This document shows positions 1 through 12,006 of a stretch of 64,000 nt of DNA, piece by piece. The DNA lies in the NCBI GenBank assembly GCA_043228905.1, contig JBHGNT010000017.1, positions 9,610,001-9,674,000 of the forward strand, given 5' to 3'. The notes below the pieces were generated by a model, which saw nothing but the letters and a program-made list of their open reading frames with translations, did not search any database and was not told the DNA's origin. The stretch comes from Azolla caroliniana. Lineage: Eukaryota > Plantae > Polypodiophyta. Position 1 is the first letter of the stretch. Every line of letters starts with the position of its first letter. The position numbers and the translations under genes are program-made.

Positions 1-2239
1 GGATCCAGCTAAAATCCAAACTGTACTAGAGTGGCAAATTCCACGGTCGGTACGAGATGTACAATGTTTTCTAGGTTTTGCTAACTTCTACCGTAAGTTT
101 ATACAGGATTACTCGAAGATTATTTTACCTCTCACACAACTCACGAAGAAGGGCCAAGCATTTCTTTGGTCCATAGAAGCAGATATGGCTTTTCGGCATC
201 TTAAGAAAGCCTTTACATCAGCACCGATTCTAGCTCATGTGGATACAAGCAAACCATTCATCATGGAGGCCGATGCATCAGATTTCGCCCTCGGTAGCAT
301 CCTTTCTCAACAAGGCGATAAAGAAGACTTGCATCCAGTGGCTTTCCATTTGCGCAAATTCGATGTCGCAGAAATCAACTACGAAATACATGACCAGGAG
401 TTATTAGCCATCATGGATTCATTTGTACAATGGAGGCATTTCTTAGAGGGCTCTCCACATCAGGTCATTGTCTTTAGCAATCATATAAATCTTGCTTATT
501 TTCAGAACGCTCGTGTACTAAATCGACGGCAAGCTGGGTGAGCGCAATTCCTCACCCGTTTCGACTTCAAAATCACATATCGACCGGGGAAGCAGCAAGG
601 AAAAGTAGATGCACTATCATGGCATTCATATCTTGCACCTCGTCTTGGTGACGCAACATTTGATAATCAAAAGCAAGTAATCTTGGGACCAACACGATTG
701 CACACGACGCGGATTTTTCACACCTCGATGGATTCACGGATTACCGATGACATACGTGCAACCTTGAAGACGGATAGTTTTGCTCAAGACATCCTGGCGC
801 ACATTGATACTTCTCGGGCATCCTGTTCTCAGTCTCAACAACCAGGTATTGACTACCGACAATTCGAATATCATGATGGATTGTTATTCTTTAAAAAGCG
901 CGTATATGTCCCCGATTGCTCCTGTCGTCTTCAAATCGTCCAACATTGTCACGACACCCATACGGCGGGACATTTCGGTAGTACTAAGACGTTGGAGCTA
1001 GTGCAGCGATCTTTTTGGTGGCCCCACATGCGCCGTTTTGTCGACGACTACGTTCAGACCTGTGGTGCTTGCTACCGAGCAAAGATGCCACGACACCATC
1101 CATATGGCTTGTTGGAACCTTTACCGATTCCAAGTAAGCCATGGCAATCTATTTGTCTTGATTTTATCACAGATCTGCCGGTCTCGAAGGGGTTCGATGC
1201 TATCCTAACCGTCGTCGATCGATATACGAAGATGGCACATTTTGTGCCATGTACTAAAGCCATCACTAGCGAGGAAACCGTTGCTCTTGTTATGCGTGAG
1301 GTATTTCGGCATCATGGCCTCCCAGACAGTATTATCAGTGATTGAGGCCCGCAATTTGTCTCCAAATTTTGGCAGCATCTCCTCAAGATGCTCAAGGTCT
1401 CCTGCAACCTCTCCTCCGGCTACCATCCTCCGACCGATGGACAGGCGGAACGAACAAACCAAACGCTGGAGCAATATCTCCGGTGTTTCCTGAGTTATCA
1501 ACAGGACGATTGGGCCGAGATTCTCCACTTTGCAGAGTTTGCGTATAATAATGTCATTCACTCCTCGACTCGGGTCTCCCCATTTTTCGCTTATACCGGT
1601 TTCCATCCTCGCTGGTCGGTGATCGACACTCCGGAGCTACCTACCAACCCTCGTGCCGAGGATCATTTGGAGAGGCTACGCAAGATCCAGATGGATCTCT
1701 CTACTCACCTTCGTCATGCTCAACACACACAGAAGACTTATGCGGATCGTCATCAGATTCTCTCCTCTTTTGCCATCGGAGATCGAGTATGGCTCTTACG
1801 TCGTCACATCAAGACTACTCGACCGTGCGACAAGTTGGATTATCGACGACTCGGTCCTTTCCGTATTACGGGGAAGATTAATGATGTCACCTTCCGCCTT
1901 GATCTCCCTCCGCAGCTTCAGATACATCCGGTTTTCCATTGTTCTCTTCTTGAACCTTATAAAGCAAACACCATTCCCGATCGTGTGACACCACCGCCGC
2001 CCCCGCGGGAGTTGGACGTCGGCCCGGAGTATGAAGTTGCTGTCATCCTCGATTGCAAACTTGTTCGCAACAAACTTTATTACTTGGTCAATTGGCTCGG
2101 TTATAGTCCGAGCGAACGTACTTCGGAACCCATCGAGCATGTTGCCAATGCACAAGATCTTCTTGCTGATTTCCACCGAAAGTATCCGGACAAACCCGGT
2201 CCGCAATTAGCGCCGACTCGTTCCACTCGTCGTCTTTAA
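1..2239 (+). pseudogene. pol: pol remnant (RT end, RNase H, integrase, chromodomain) with in-frame stops
   Basis: ORFs 185-541, 683-1345 and 1388-2239 share one frame and are separated by TGA stops. Confidence 0.9.
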
Positions 2240-2250
2240 GGGGGAGATAG

Positions 2251-2694
2251 TGTCATGATATGGCAAGACTCGAACCCATGACCTTATGCTACATGGGTCG
2301 AGCTCTTACCATTAGACTATGAATTGTATTTTGTAGGATAATATTTTCATTTATGCTTTATCATAGAAAATTGATGTATATTCCAGATCTCTCTGGAACA
2401 TTCTAGAAGCTTCAAGATTATTCCTAAAAACACTATAAAAGGAGGCACAAGGCATTGTTTTGAACCAAATTGGTTCAACGCCAGTCTTAAGCCTCTTAGC
2501 CGCTTGTACTTATCTTTTCACATAATATATTAGCTGCTGTGATCATCTCTCTCTCTCTCTCATTCTCGCTATCTCTCTCTCTCCTCTTCTCACTTCCTCT
2601 CTCGGGAATCTTACGCAGTCCCGTCCTCTTAGTACTAATATTACTGTTGTTCTTTAGTACTAATTCCATCTCTGCTTTAGTACTATTTCGGACA
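2251..2694 (+). repeat. 3' LTR of element A (~444 bp)
   Basis: Follows PPT; TG..CA ends; homologous over its length to solo LTR 12854-13270; TATA box near 2434. Confidence 0.9.
2266..2319 (-). promoter_or_regulatory. tRNA-type Pol III A/B boxes in LTR A (also 12869-12923)
   Basis: TAGTCTAATGG..GGTTCGAGTCT, box starts 43 nt apart. Confidence 0.7.
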
Positions 2695-3884
2695 TTAGCA
2701 GCATCCAGCTCGCGAAAAACCCCGTTTTCCACACACGGACCAAGCACATTGAGGTGCACTACCATTTCGTCCGTGAGCGTGTCCTTTCCGGTGAAGTCGA
2801 TCTTCAGTACGTTCCGACGGATCGGCAGACTGCCAACATCTTCACCAAGCCTCTTGGTCTGGACAAGTTGCGGCAATTCTCAGGTGCGCTCGGATTGCGT
2901 CACCTCGACGTGCCAAACTTGAGGGGGAGAATAGTCCCGAACGACCAAGCAAGGCAGCAGGAAAGGAGTGGAGACCGTGACACCGAGTCGGTTGACTCGG
3001 TTGTCAAGTTCGACTTCGGATTGGCTGAAGAAGCCGAGGGCGGACCCGCGGAAAAGTCCGGAAGCAGACAGAAGGTGAGCAACCGAAGGAGAGAGCCGAA
3101 GCCAACCACGCATGGGGAAGATGACGCCACCGAGGATGAGAGCGAAAACCGATCGGAGGTAGCCGAGTCGGTTCGGATGTTTGATTCAGATACGCTGAAT
3201 CAACCAAGGCCCAAGCGGAAGAAAAGGCAACAGGAGAAGCGTCAACACCGCAACAACAGAAGAGCTGATAAGGGCCACATGAGCAGACAAGCCGACCGGA
3301 AGGGTCGAAGCGCGCGGAGTCAAATAGGTCGTGGAGCGCGAGCGAGGCGTGAAGCCAGGAGGAACCGGAGCTGTGAGCCCGAAGATCCCGAAGAGCCTCA
3401 AGTTGAGCTTGAGGGGGAGTGTTGAGAGACAAGCTCAACATCGGCCGGATCGGCTGAAGAAGCCGAGGACTGAATCGGTTGGGACCGATCGGTTAGGCCG
3501 AATGCATAAACCGGTACGCAGACCGGTGCGTAGGTAGGGCCGGATCGGTGCATAAACCGAGAGGCCGTTAGGAAAGATATTCCGTGAGGAATATATTTGG
3601 GAGTTAGTGTAGGAGCTCTTAATGAGCATTGAAGTACTGTCAGTACTTCGGTCAGTCCTTCTAGGACTTGTATAAAAGTGTTCATTGAACACACATATGT
3701 ATAGAGTGTGGTGAATAGAGATTTAGTTTTTGTTGAATATATTTTGTGTGTTTTTTCTCTCTCTCTCTCTCTCACTCTCTCTGTCTCTCCCGTGTATACT
3801 GCGTAAGCTGAAGCTCTCCATTGAACCTGAGTTTTATTCCTCCTATTCGGTCTTCACACTTGCTTCCGCACGTTACTTTCTACA
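2695..3884 (+). mobile_element. Element B: Ty1/copia 3' end (RNase H, PPT, 3' LTR 3420-3884)
   Basis: AKNPVFHTRTKHIEVHYHFVRE...QTANIFTKPL copia RNase H motif; PPT GAGGGGGAG 3411-3419; LTR TGTTGAGAG..TTTCTACA. Confidence 0.88.
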
Positions 3885-6296
3885 ATAGCCAAAATATCTG
3901 ATAGTGATAATAACAAGTGTGTTGATAAAAGGTATTTAGCTTTAAAAGTGGGTAATAGCTTTACTAACTCTAATAACTCTAATAGCTTTAATAGCTTTAA
4001 CAACTTTTATGGCATTTATAGCTTTTATAGCGAAAATACCTAATAGTGACCATAACAAATGTGTTGATAATAGGTATTTTGTTTTAAAATATTCTACTTG
4101 ATATTATGTTTTATCGTAGATTCAACTACCTATTATCATCCTATGGAGAATGTTCTTATCAAGTTATTATCTATCGCTTAGCTAAACAACCATTTACAAA
4201 TATTTGCCTCAATTCATATAATTTGGTAGAGGTTATTTTCTCATCCTGGCATGAAAACGTCACAACATTCTCCCTCTCTAGACCTGCACATCCTCCAGGA
4301 TGCGGCAACGAACATATCCTTCTTCAACTTCATGGATGTCATCTTCGTTGAGGAAGTTAGCGCTTTGATCTTCCCTTTTCTTGAATATCTTAATTCGCTT
4401 TCCTACAACTCCATCCATTTTAGTTGGGAAATAAGTTGCATTTTTATTGACTTGTCTAATGACATATGGTCTGAACCATCTTTTGGCGAACTTACGGGAA
4501 GAACTATGTTGGTTATCCAAGCTACTGTCATATACTATGACCCAATCACCTTCTTGGAGCTTTCTTGGTCGAAGGCGATGGGTTTTATCAAATCTTTCTT
4601 TGTTCCGTAGTCAACATTATTTCATCCTTTCTATAGCTATTTGAACATCTTCATCCCTTCTTTCTAGTTGTCTTATTCAAGAGAAGCAAATCTTCTCAAC
4701 TCATTTCATCTGACCATGGCAAGGCAACCCATCAAAATAATAATTGCTCTATTGGTGTAATTGGCTTGTGACGAAGTATCCATTCTGATGGCATAAAGCC
4801 AGTCACGGAACTGTGAGTAGTGCACTCAGCCCATAGTGCATACAGTAATAGATGAGGTCAGTTAGCCATCTTGCCATCAAAATCATTCACCCAAGCTTTT
4901 AGTATAGGGTCATGTCCACACTCAGCCTTCCCATTAGCTTCAGGGTTATATGTCGTTGTTAAGGACAGTCGAATTCCCATTCTTGAAAAAAATTGTTCAG
5001 CTTCTTCGTCCGAATCTAGTTCTCCTCTGTTTGCAACAATCTTCCCAATGCACCCGTACCATAATATCACATCTTCAAGAAGGAACTTACAAATAGCTAA
5101 AGTGGTTTTTTGGCATAGGGATTGGCCTTCCACTTTATTTGTCAAATCTTCTCTCACCAATACAAGATATCTCATTTGCCAAACCCCTACAGGCATCATT
5201 ACAATATCCACAACCCATTTATAATGTAGAGATAAAGAATAAGTAGGTTGCAACCCTTCACGATGCCGAATATTCGAATACATTTGGCAATTCTCACACG
5301 ATTGTACATTCCAGCCCACAAAAAATTCTCTTTTAATTTCGAGTAGGTGGCCCAAACTCCATGATGACTTGCCTATAAAGTATCATGAAATTCAAATATT
5401 AGTTTCTATTGCTCTTCCCTTTTTCCGACCACTCTTTGTGGAATCCCTTTCACAACTTTTGGATGTCTCCAAAGGTATCCCTCATGAAGAAAAAACTTAT
5501 AAGCTTTCTTTCTTATTTTATGAAATAGCTCCCTTGACCATGTTCCATCTTTCACATGAGTACTCAAGTATTTTCCAATTTGCAACATCTCCCCCTCGTA
5601 CTTAGATTCACGAAGAATAACATAAACACCCAAATCACATGCCCCCTTTAAGTTAAAATTTATGCAAAAGAAATCAAAACTCTCATCTTCTTCATCAGTC
5701 ATTACCATTGCATTTTTACCTTTAAACCTCGCTCTTGAGAGCATATCGGCAACTGGGTTATCCGCTCCTGCAATATGCTTGATTTCAAGACATAGTGATT
5801 TAATGTAAGCTATCCATCTAAGCATAGCTATATCAGATGTTTCACAACTTGAAATCATTCCTAGCAACATACGACAATATGTTTCAACCACAACTTCAGA
5901 ACCAATTAAGTATTCATGATCCATTTTAATAGTTGTTAACATACCCTAGAACTCTCTCTTAATCCGTGGGTAAGCTCTTTGGCGTTCTGTTAAGATTTTT
6001 GCACCAAATCGAACTGCATATCTTAACCCATCCTTCTCTTCTTGGCTAACAACCCAACCGATCTCGATTGGACTCGTATCTATAGTAACAATCATGGGGT
6101 GTTCACTATCATACCTAGCCTTCCGTAAAATAGGGGCCTTCAACAACATTTCCTTTAGTTGGCGAATTGCATCTAAATGTACATTAGTCCACAGGAAACT
6201 TGAATTCTTCTTAAGAAACCCATAAAGTGGATCAACCACATGGGCAAAATGTGGAATCCAAATTCGGTAAAACACACAAGCACCCAAAAACCTGTG
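3885..6296 (-). mobile_element. Degenerate Ylt1/Phygy-like gypsy (RT end, RNase H, integrase, partial 3' LTR 3885-4267)
   Basis: Fragments match pol of element G (RFLGACVFYRIWIPH, LRWIAYIKSL, TTTYNPEANGK, RKFAKRWF); purine tract then TGTTGTGAC starting at 4267 on minus strand. Confidence 0.85.
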
Positions 6297-8240
6297 CATC
6301 ATAACCAAGAATAAAAGATAGAGTGATGGAAGAAGGATATAAGGGAACACGAGAAGAAAGGAACGAAATGCTAAGAGAAGAATGGGTGTATTAAGATAGA
6401 GAAAGAAAGAGAATGGATACAAGATATGTAATGAGAGCTAAAGACTGGTGTTGATTCAGATTGATTTGAGAATACATGTATGCCCTTCTTTATAGGTTCC
6501 TATGGAATAGCTTAGAGATTTCTATAATGTTCTAGAATGTTCTAGGACATTCTAGAATGATGTAGAGTTTTTACAATAATCAATCTAATACAAAAAGTAG
6601 CTTTTATCCTCTCATATGACAATAAGCTATCTTAATGGTTGAGGTTTTCAATTATGGATTACAAGGTTCGAGGTTCAAGTCCGGGTGACGCCATGATGGT
6701 CATGTGTTCATGACACTATCCCTCCTTCAAGAATGCTGAGTGGAAGCTGGCGTTAACATTGTAGGGTCGGGTTTGTTTGGATAGTGGTGATGGAAGTCGT
6801 CGACAAGAGCTTGAGCATTACAAATGTTATCGACAGGTTCCCAAGTGCGATCACTCGTAGGATAGCCAAGCCAATCAACTAGATAATAAAGCTTATTGCG
6901 CACAATCTTAGAATTGAGAATAGTAGTTGCCTCGTATTCGGGGCCGTCAACCATTTGGACAGAATCTTAGAATTGAGAATAGTAGTTGCCTCGTATTCGG
7001 GGCCGTCAACCATTTGGACAGAAGGTGGTGGTGGTATGACACGATTAGGAATTAAAGAGGTGCAGCAAGGTTCCAAAAGAGAGCTATGAAAGACTGGGTG
7101 AAGCTTCATATGTGCGGGAAGGTTAAGACGAAATGTTGCATCATTAATCCGCATTGTGATGACAAAAGGACCTAAGCGTTGATAATCGAGCTTAGCATAC
7201 GGGCAGGTAGTTTTGATGTAATGATGAAGCAACCATACTCGGTCACCAACCTTGAAAGCAGACTTAAGACGATGCCAATCGGCATTGGTCTTATGGTGTG
7301 CTTGCACATTTTAAAGATGTGAAGACAACTCAAACTGGATTTGTTGTAGTCGGTGGAGGTGATGCGCCGCACTAGGGTTTCGTGACACCTTAGGGAGATC
7401 CAGGATACACCATTGAGGGTGGTTGCCAGTGTACGCAAAGAAAGGTGTAACTTTGGTAGAAGAGTGTACCATGTTATTGTATGCAAACTCGGCAAGATAT
7501 AAAATATTGATGCAATCATCTTGTTGATAACTAATAAAGCATCGAAGATATTGCTCGAGTGTTTGATTTGTGTGCTCTGTTTGTCCGTCAATTTGTGGAT
7601 GATAAGCCAAAGAGAGTTTGTAAGAGATTTTGAGGCTTGCCTATAGGTGCTTCCAAAAGTGTGAGATAAATTGAGGACCTCGATCGCTAATAATATCATT
7701 TGGGTGACCATGATGGCAAAACACCTCACACATAATGAGATCTGCAGTTTCTTCACTACTAATGGTCTTTACACACGGTACAAAATGTGCCATCTTTGTG
7801 AACTGATCCACTACTGTTAAAATGCTATCAAAGCCTTTGGAAGGTGGCAGATCCGTAATGAAATCCATAGAAATATGCTGGGAGGTGGTAATGGTTGTAG
7901 TAAGCCAAAAGGATGATGTTTGGGTATTTTGGCGTGACAACAGGTGTCACATGTGTGAACGTAATCTTCAACAAATTTTTGCATGTGAGGCCACCAGAAC
8001 GAACATTTCACCAGCTCAATGCTCTTGGCAATACCAAAATGTCCAGCCATGGGGGCATCATGACAATGTTCTAACACTTGAAGTCGAGGTGATCCGTTAG
8101 GGGCATAAAGGAGATTCTTGTAGAAGAGTAAGCCATCATGCCGCTTGAAATCCTGATAATGTTGAGATGACCCTTGCAATGTGGAGCAAGACACATGACT
8201 TGAACCAATGTGGGCTAAGACATCCTTAGCGAAATCATTA
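6297..8240 (-). mobile_element. Element C: degenerate Tcn1-like chromovirus (integrase, chromodomain, 3' LTR ~6297-6715)
   Basis: [50 protein letters not shown]; PPT AAGGAGGGATAG 6716-6727; LTR starts TGTCATGA. Confidence 0.88.
6628..6682 (+). promoter_or_regulatory. tRNA-type Pol III A/B boxes in LTR C
   Basis: TATCTTAATGG..GGTTCAAGTCC, 44 nt. Confidence 0.65.
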
Positions 8241-8414
8241 ACACGTTGTATGTACAGAGTGGTTTTATTATTTTTTAATCAATGTTTACGTTTTGCTCTC
8301 TCTGTCTCTCCCATGTATACTCTCTGTGTATTAACCTCCTCCATTAAACCTTCATCTTATTCTCTGTTGCTATCCGGCTGAGCCGGTTCTATCTAACGCT
8401 TCTGCACGTTAACA
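8241..8414 (+). repeat. 3' fragment of a copia LTR related to the LTR of element B
   Basis: Shares TCTCTCCCRTGTATACT, CTCCATTRAACCT and GCTTCYGCACGTTA with 3780-3884; ends TAACA. Confidence 0.6.
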
Positions 8415-9872
8415 TTCACAGATTCCTTTTCAGATCAGGTACATGACAAACTCGATGCAGGGTTATTGTGTTGCCATTTGGCAATCGGATGGGAACCTCT
8501 CCGGTCCCTGCAATTCTAAACTCCTGTCCGTTGCCTAGACAGATTGTACCGTTGGCGTCGGCTGAATAGTCCAAAAACCATTCAATGTTGGGGGTCACAT
8601 GGAATGTGGCACCGGAATCCAATAGCTACGTGTGTGCATCCCTGAGGACTTCTCCGATCATTGAATCCTCTAAGGAGAGAACTTCTCATTATCGGGAGTC
8701 AGCAACGTTGATTTGGTTGCCGACTAGAGAGTGGTCCGAGTCGGGTCATTCTCGATTCCGCTCGAATCACAGACCACTCTCTTTCCTCTTGATTCACCAG
8801 CAGTCACAAACATTGTCACTAGTTTTTCTGTAGTGTGTGCAGAATTCGCCTGATTGGCCCGTTGTCGACTTCGACCGCTATCTGTCTCCCCTCAATTTTG
8901 ATCGGTTGGTATTTTGACCGGTTCTATCGGCATGTTCTCTCGTACGACTCTGTCGGTTGAACGACTCAGTGGAGTGATGGGCTTCTGTTGATTCATCGAT
9001 GGTAAGTCCCATCGATTTTCGCCGAATGTCCTCGGTGAGGACTCGGCCGATCGTCTCATGTAGATTTAGGATCAGTCGACTATTGGCATATGTCGTACCG
9101 AATACTTCCCAACTCGTCGGCAAGCTCGATAGGAGGGCAAGGGCTTTCACTTCTTCTTCGAAGTTGATCCCTTGTGAGGAGAGTTCTAACAACACCCGGC
9201 TGAAGGTGTGTATGTGGGAGGTAGCCAGATCGGTCTCTCTCATCGTCATGTTGAACAATTGTTTCATCAAAATCAGTTTTGAAGATGAGGACTTGTTCTC
9301 ATACACGGCTTGTAGTTTCTCCCATAGTGAGAACGTTGTCGTCTCTTTTGCCATTCTGAAGTAGACATTGTCGACTAGGTGCATTCGAATGGTGGAGCGT
9401 GCGATTTCGTCCGTTGATCTACACTCATCGGCTGACATTGAAGCAAGCTTTTCAGAGTGTCAAATGGCCTCGACTTGTCTTCGAATAATCAGTATGTCCT
9501 GCATCATCTCCTTCCATAGGGCAAAGTTTTTGCCTTTGAATTTTCAGATCTCAACTCCTGTACCGGATGTTGATGCCATGATTCTTTCGGAAGTGAGATT
9601 TACTAACCTAGTCTTTTCTTTCAGCCTTTTCTATTGTCTGTTGCCGCCGAGCAGCAGATCGCTCTGATACCAAGTGAAGCATAAGTGTATGCGGAAACGT
9701 ATGAGGATCTATCTCAGTTCGTACTCAGAAAACAACACAGAAAGAGAAGCAAAGATATACATAGATTGAAGCTTTAATGGAATCTCTATTACATTCTGTA
9801 TCTAACTCTCTCAGAGACTCAATATCCAATATATGGTCAATATATGGAGAGAGTAGGCCTTTTATGTCAACA
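8415..9872 (-). mobile_element. Element K: Ty1/copia 5' part (198-bp LTR 9675-9872, tRNA-iMet PBS, gag-protease remnant)
   Basis: LTR TGTTGA..TTCA; PBS TGGTATCAGAGC 9661-9672; copia gag (LWEKLQAVYE, LLSSLPTSWE); protease DSGATFHVT. Confidence 0.88.
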
Positions 9873-10397
9873 CGAGACCCCGGTCGTATCGTTCCATTTC
9901 TATGCATCCACATGGAATACCGCGACACCGTCTTATGCACAGCCGACTCGTTGAACACAATGTCCGAACTTCGGACAATTTGTCTGTTCTCGGGGTTCCA
10001 TAGTCGGTATCTGATCTCGCCATCTGGTCCATAGCCGAGGAAAGTACATTTCCTAGACCTTGGTTCAAGTTTGTGGTGGTCGTCTTTCGGTATGAAGGCA
10101 TACGCCTCATGTCCGAAAATCCTCAGCTTGTCATAATTCGGCTTGTTTCTAGTACATCATTCCTAAGTTGCTTGAAGTCCTAGAGGCCTACTCGGCAACA
10201 TATTGATTATGTGTATTGTTGTAAGTAGGGCCTCTACCCAAAAGCAATATCACAATCCGGAGTGTTGGAGCATAGCAATGATTCGTTCTTGTATCGTCTG
10301 ATTCATCCGTTCTGCTCCGGACTATATGGTGTTGTATATTCACATAAAATGCCGCTCTATCAACAAAATCTAACAAATTCCTCTGACTTATACTCTA
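9873..10397 (-). pseudogene. Ty1/copia integrase fragment (same family as element I)
   Basis: Minus strand reads EYKSEEF..TTPYSPEQNG..IQERIIAMLQHSG; nucleotide similarity to 58960-59420. Confidence 0.8.
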
Positions 10398-11950
10398 TTT
10401 CATAGACATATACCATGGAGGAAGGTGGGGATTGAACCCAACACCTGATGGTCTCTATTGGGAAACCCTACCAATTTAGCTACATATACATCCTTGTACC
10501 AAATCCAACTTCATGTAGTGTAGTTTGAACATTGGAAGTTCCTAGCTTTCATGTATCCTTATTTCTAGCTTGCACATATTCTCATGCATTCTCTATTGCA
10601 TGCATCCTCATGCATACTCTATTTCTAGTTGGCTTACATAGCCCTACCTTCTTGTATAAATACTCAGGTGCACTTGATTCTAATCAAGGTGAACAACACC
10701 AGTTACGGATTCTAAAAGTTGATTTATTGTTCTTTTCCTCTCTCTTGTTTTCTATTCTTGTCTTCGCTCTACTCGATTATACTTGTCCGTGATAGTTTGT
10801 TCACCAGCTCCATCAACAACCTAAACCAAGTCATGGCAGCCTTGCAACAACTTCAGCTAGAGAATGAAATCCATTTGGAATCATTACGAGAGTTGCAATC
10901 CGGCACTTCAAGAAATCCACCACTCGTCGAGTCACAACCATTGTCGGCACCTAGCCCGACCACGTCCTCTTCCCATCCATATGTCCTCGAACCAACCATC
11001 AGCCTACCGGACAAATTAAACGGCACGAGGGCATATCTTCACGCTTCATCAACCAAATTCAGGCTAGGTTATAGCCCGAACAGTATGCTAGCGACTTTTC
11101 TCGGGTTGGGCTTGTCGGCAAGCTTCTCTCTGGGCCGGCGCAAGCATGGTTTGCACCCTTGATCGAGACCTCATCCTCTCTCTTAAAAAACTTCACCACT
11201 TTCATTAAGGAGCTCAAAGCGACATTTGGCGAGATAGATCGGCAACGAACGACACTCCGGTTTGGTCGTTACACTAGTCGTTGTGACGGGGGACGTCATT
11301 GTTTCTGTTAACAATTTATCCATCCGATATAGTGACTTTTCCAACATATTTGAAAAGTGGAATGTTGATCGGTTACCGACTCATCGCCCCTACGATTGCC
11401 CAATGGAAATCCAAGCTGGTGAGCATCCCCCATTCGGTCCTATCTATGGGTTATCTGAACCTGAACTTGAGGCTCTCCGCACATATCTGGCTGAGAATCT
11501 CGTGAAGGGCTTCATTCAACCCTCCAAATCACCGGCCAGGGCACCAATCTTATTTGTCAAAAAGAAGGATGGCTCCTTACGCTTATGTGTGGATTATCGG
11601 GGTCTCAACAAAGTTACTGTGCGTAATCATTACCCCTTGCCCTTAATTCCAACGCTCCTCGATCAACTCCGAACTGGGCATATCTTCTCCAAAATCGACC
11701 TTCGGGGTGCCTACAATTTGGTGCGCATCAAGCCTTGGGACGAGTGGAAAACAACTTTTCAGACACACTATGGACATTTCCAGTACAAAGTGATGCCATT
11801 CGGTCGTAGTAATGCTCCGGCCGTCTTCCAACACATGATGAATGATATTTTTCGAGAGTATCTCAATCATTTCATGGTCATCTACCTTGACGACATCTTA
11901 GTTTTTTCTTCCAACTGGGAGGAGCACACACACCACGTCTAGGTGGTTGT
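10398..11950 (+). mobile_element. Element J, 5' part: Tcn1-like chromovirus (5' LTR 10398-10794, gag start, internal deletion, RT)
   Basis: LTR homologous to 24195-24348; PEG10-like gag (PTISLPDKLNG); RT ([29 protein letters not shown]). Confidence 0.85.
10428..10482 (-). promoter_or_regulatory. tRNA-type Pol III A/B boxes in LTR J (also 24228-24282)
   Basis: TAGCTAAATTGG..GGTTCAATCCC, 44 nt. Confidence 0.72.
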
Positions 11951-11955
11951 TGTCA

Positions 11956-11960
<5 letters not shown>

Positions 11961-12002
<42 letters not shown>
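11961..12002. repeat. (GA)21 microsatellite at the 3' end of LINE-1
   Basis: Read directly; abuts the LINE 3' UTR. Confidence 0.95.

Positions 12003-12006
<4 letters not shown>

Larger units (their letters stand above)
1..2694 (+). mobile_element. Element A: Tcn1-like Ty3/gypsy chromovirus, 3' part (runs off left edge), inserted into copia B
   Basis: RT thumb/RNase H (EADASDFALG, YEIHDQELLAI), integrase (H-H-C-C region, LDFITDLP, GQAERTNQTLEQYL, RLGPF) and chromodomain (EYEVAVILDCKLVRNKLYYLVNWLGY); PPT AGGGGGAGATAG 2239-2250; 3' LTR TGTCA..GGACA 2251-2694. Confidence 0.92.

Noticed and set aside
10410-10490. Functional tRNA genes at the A/B-box sites
   Set aside because: Acceptor and anticodon stems do not close; reported as promoter-like cassettes only
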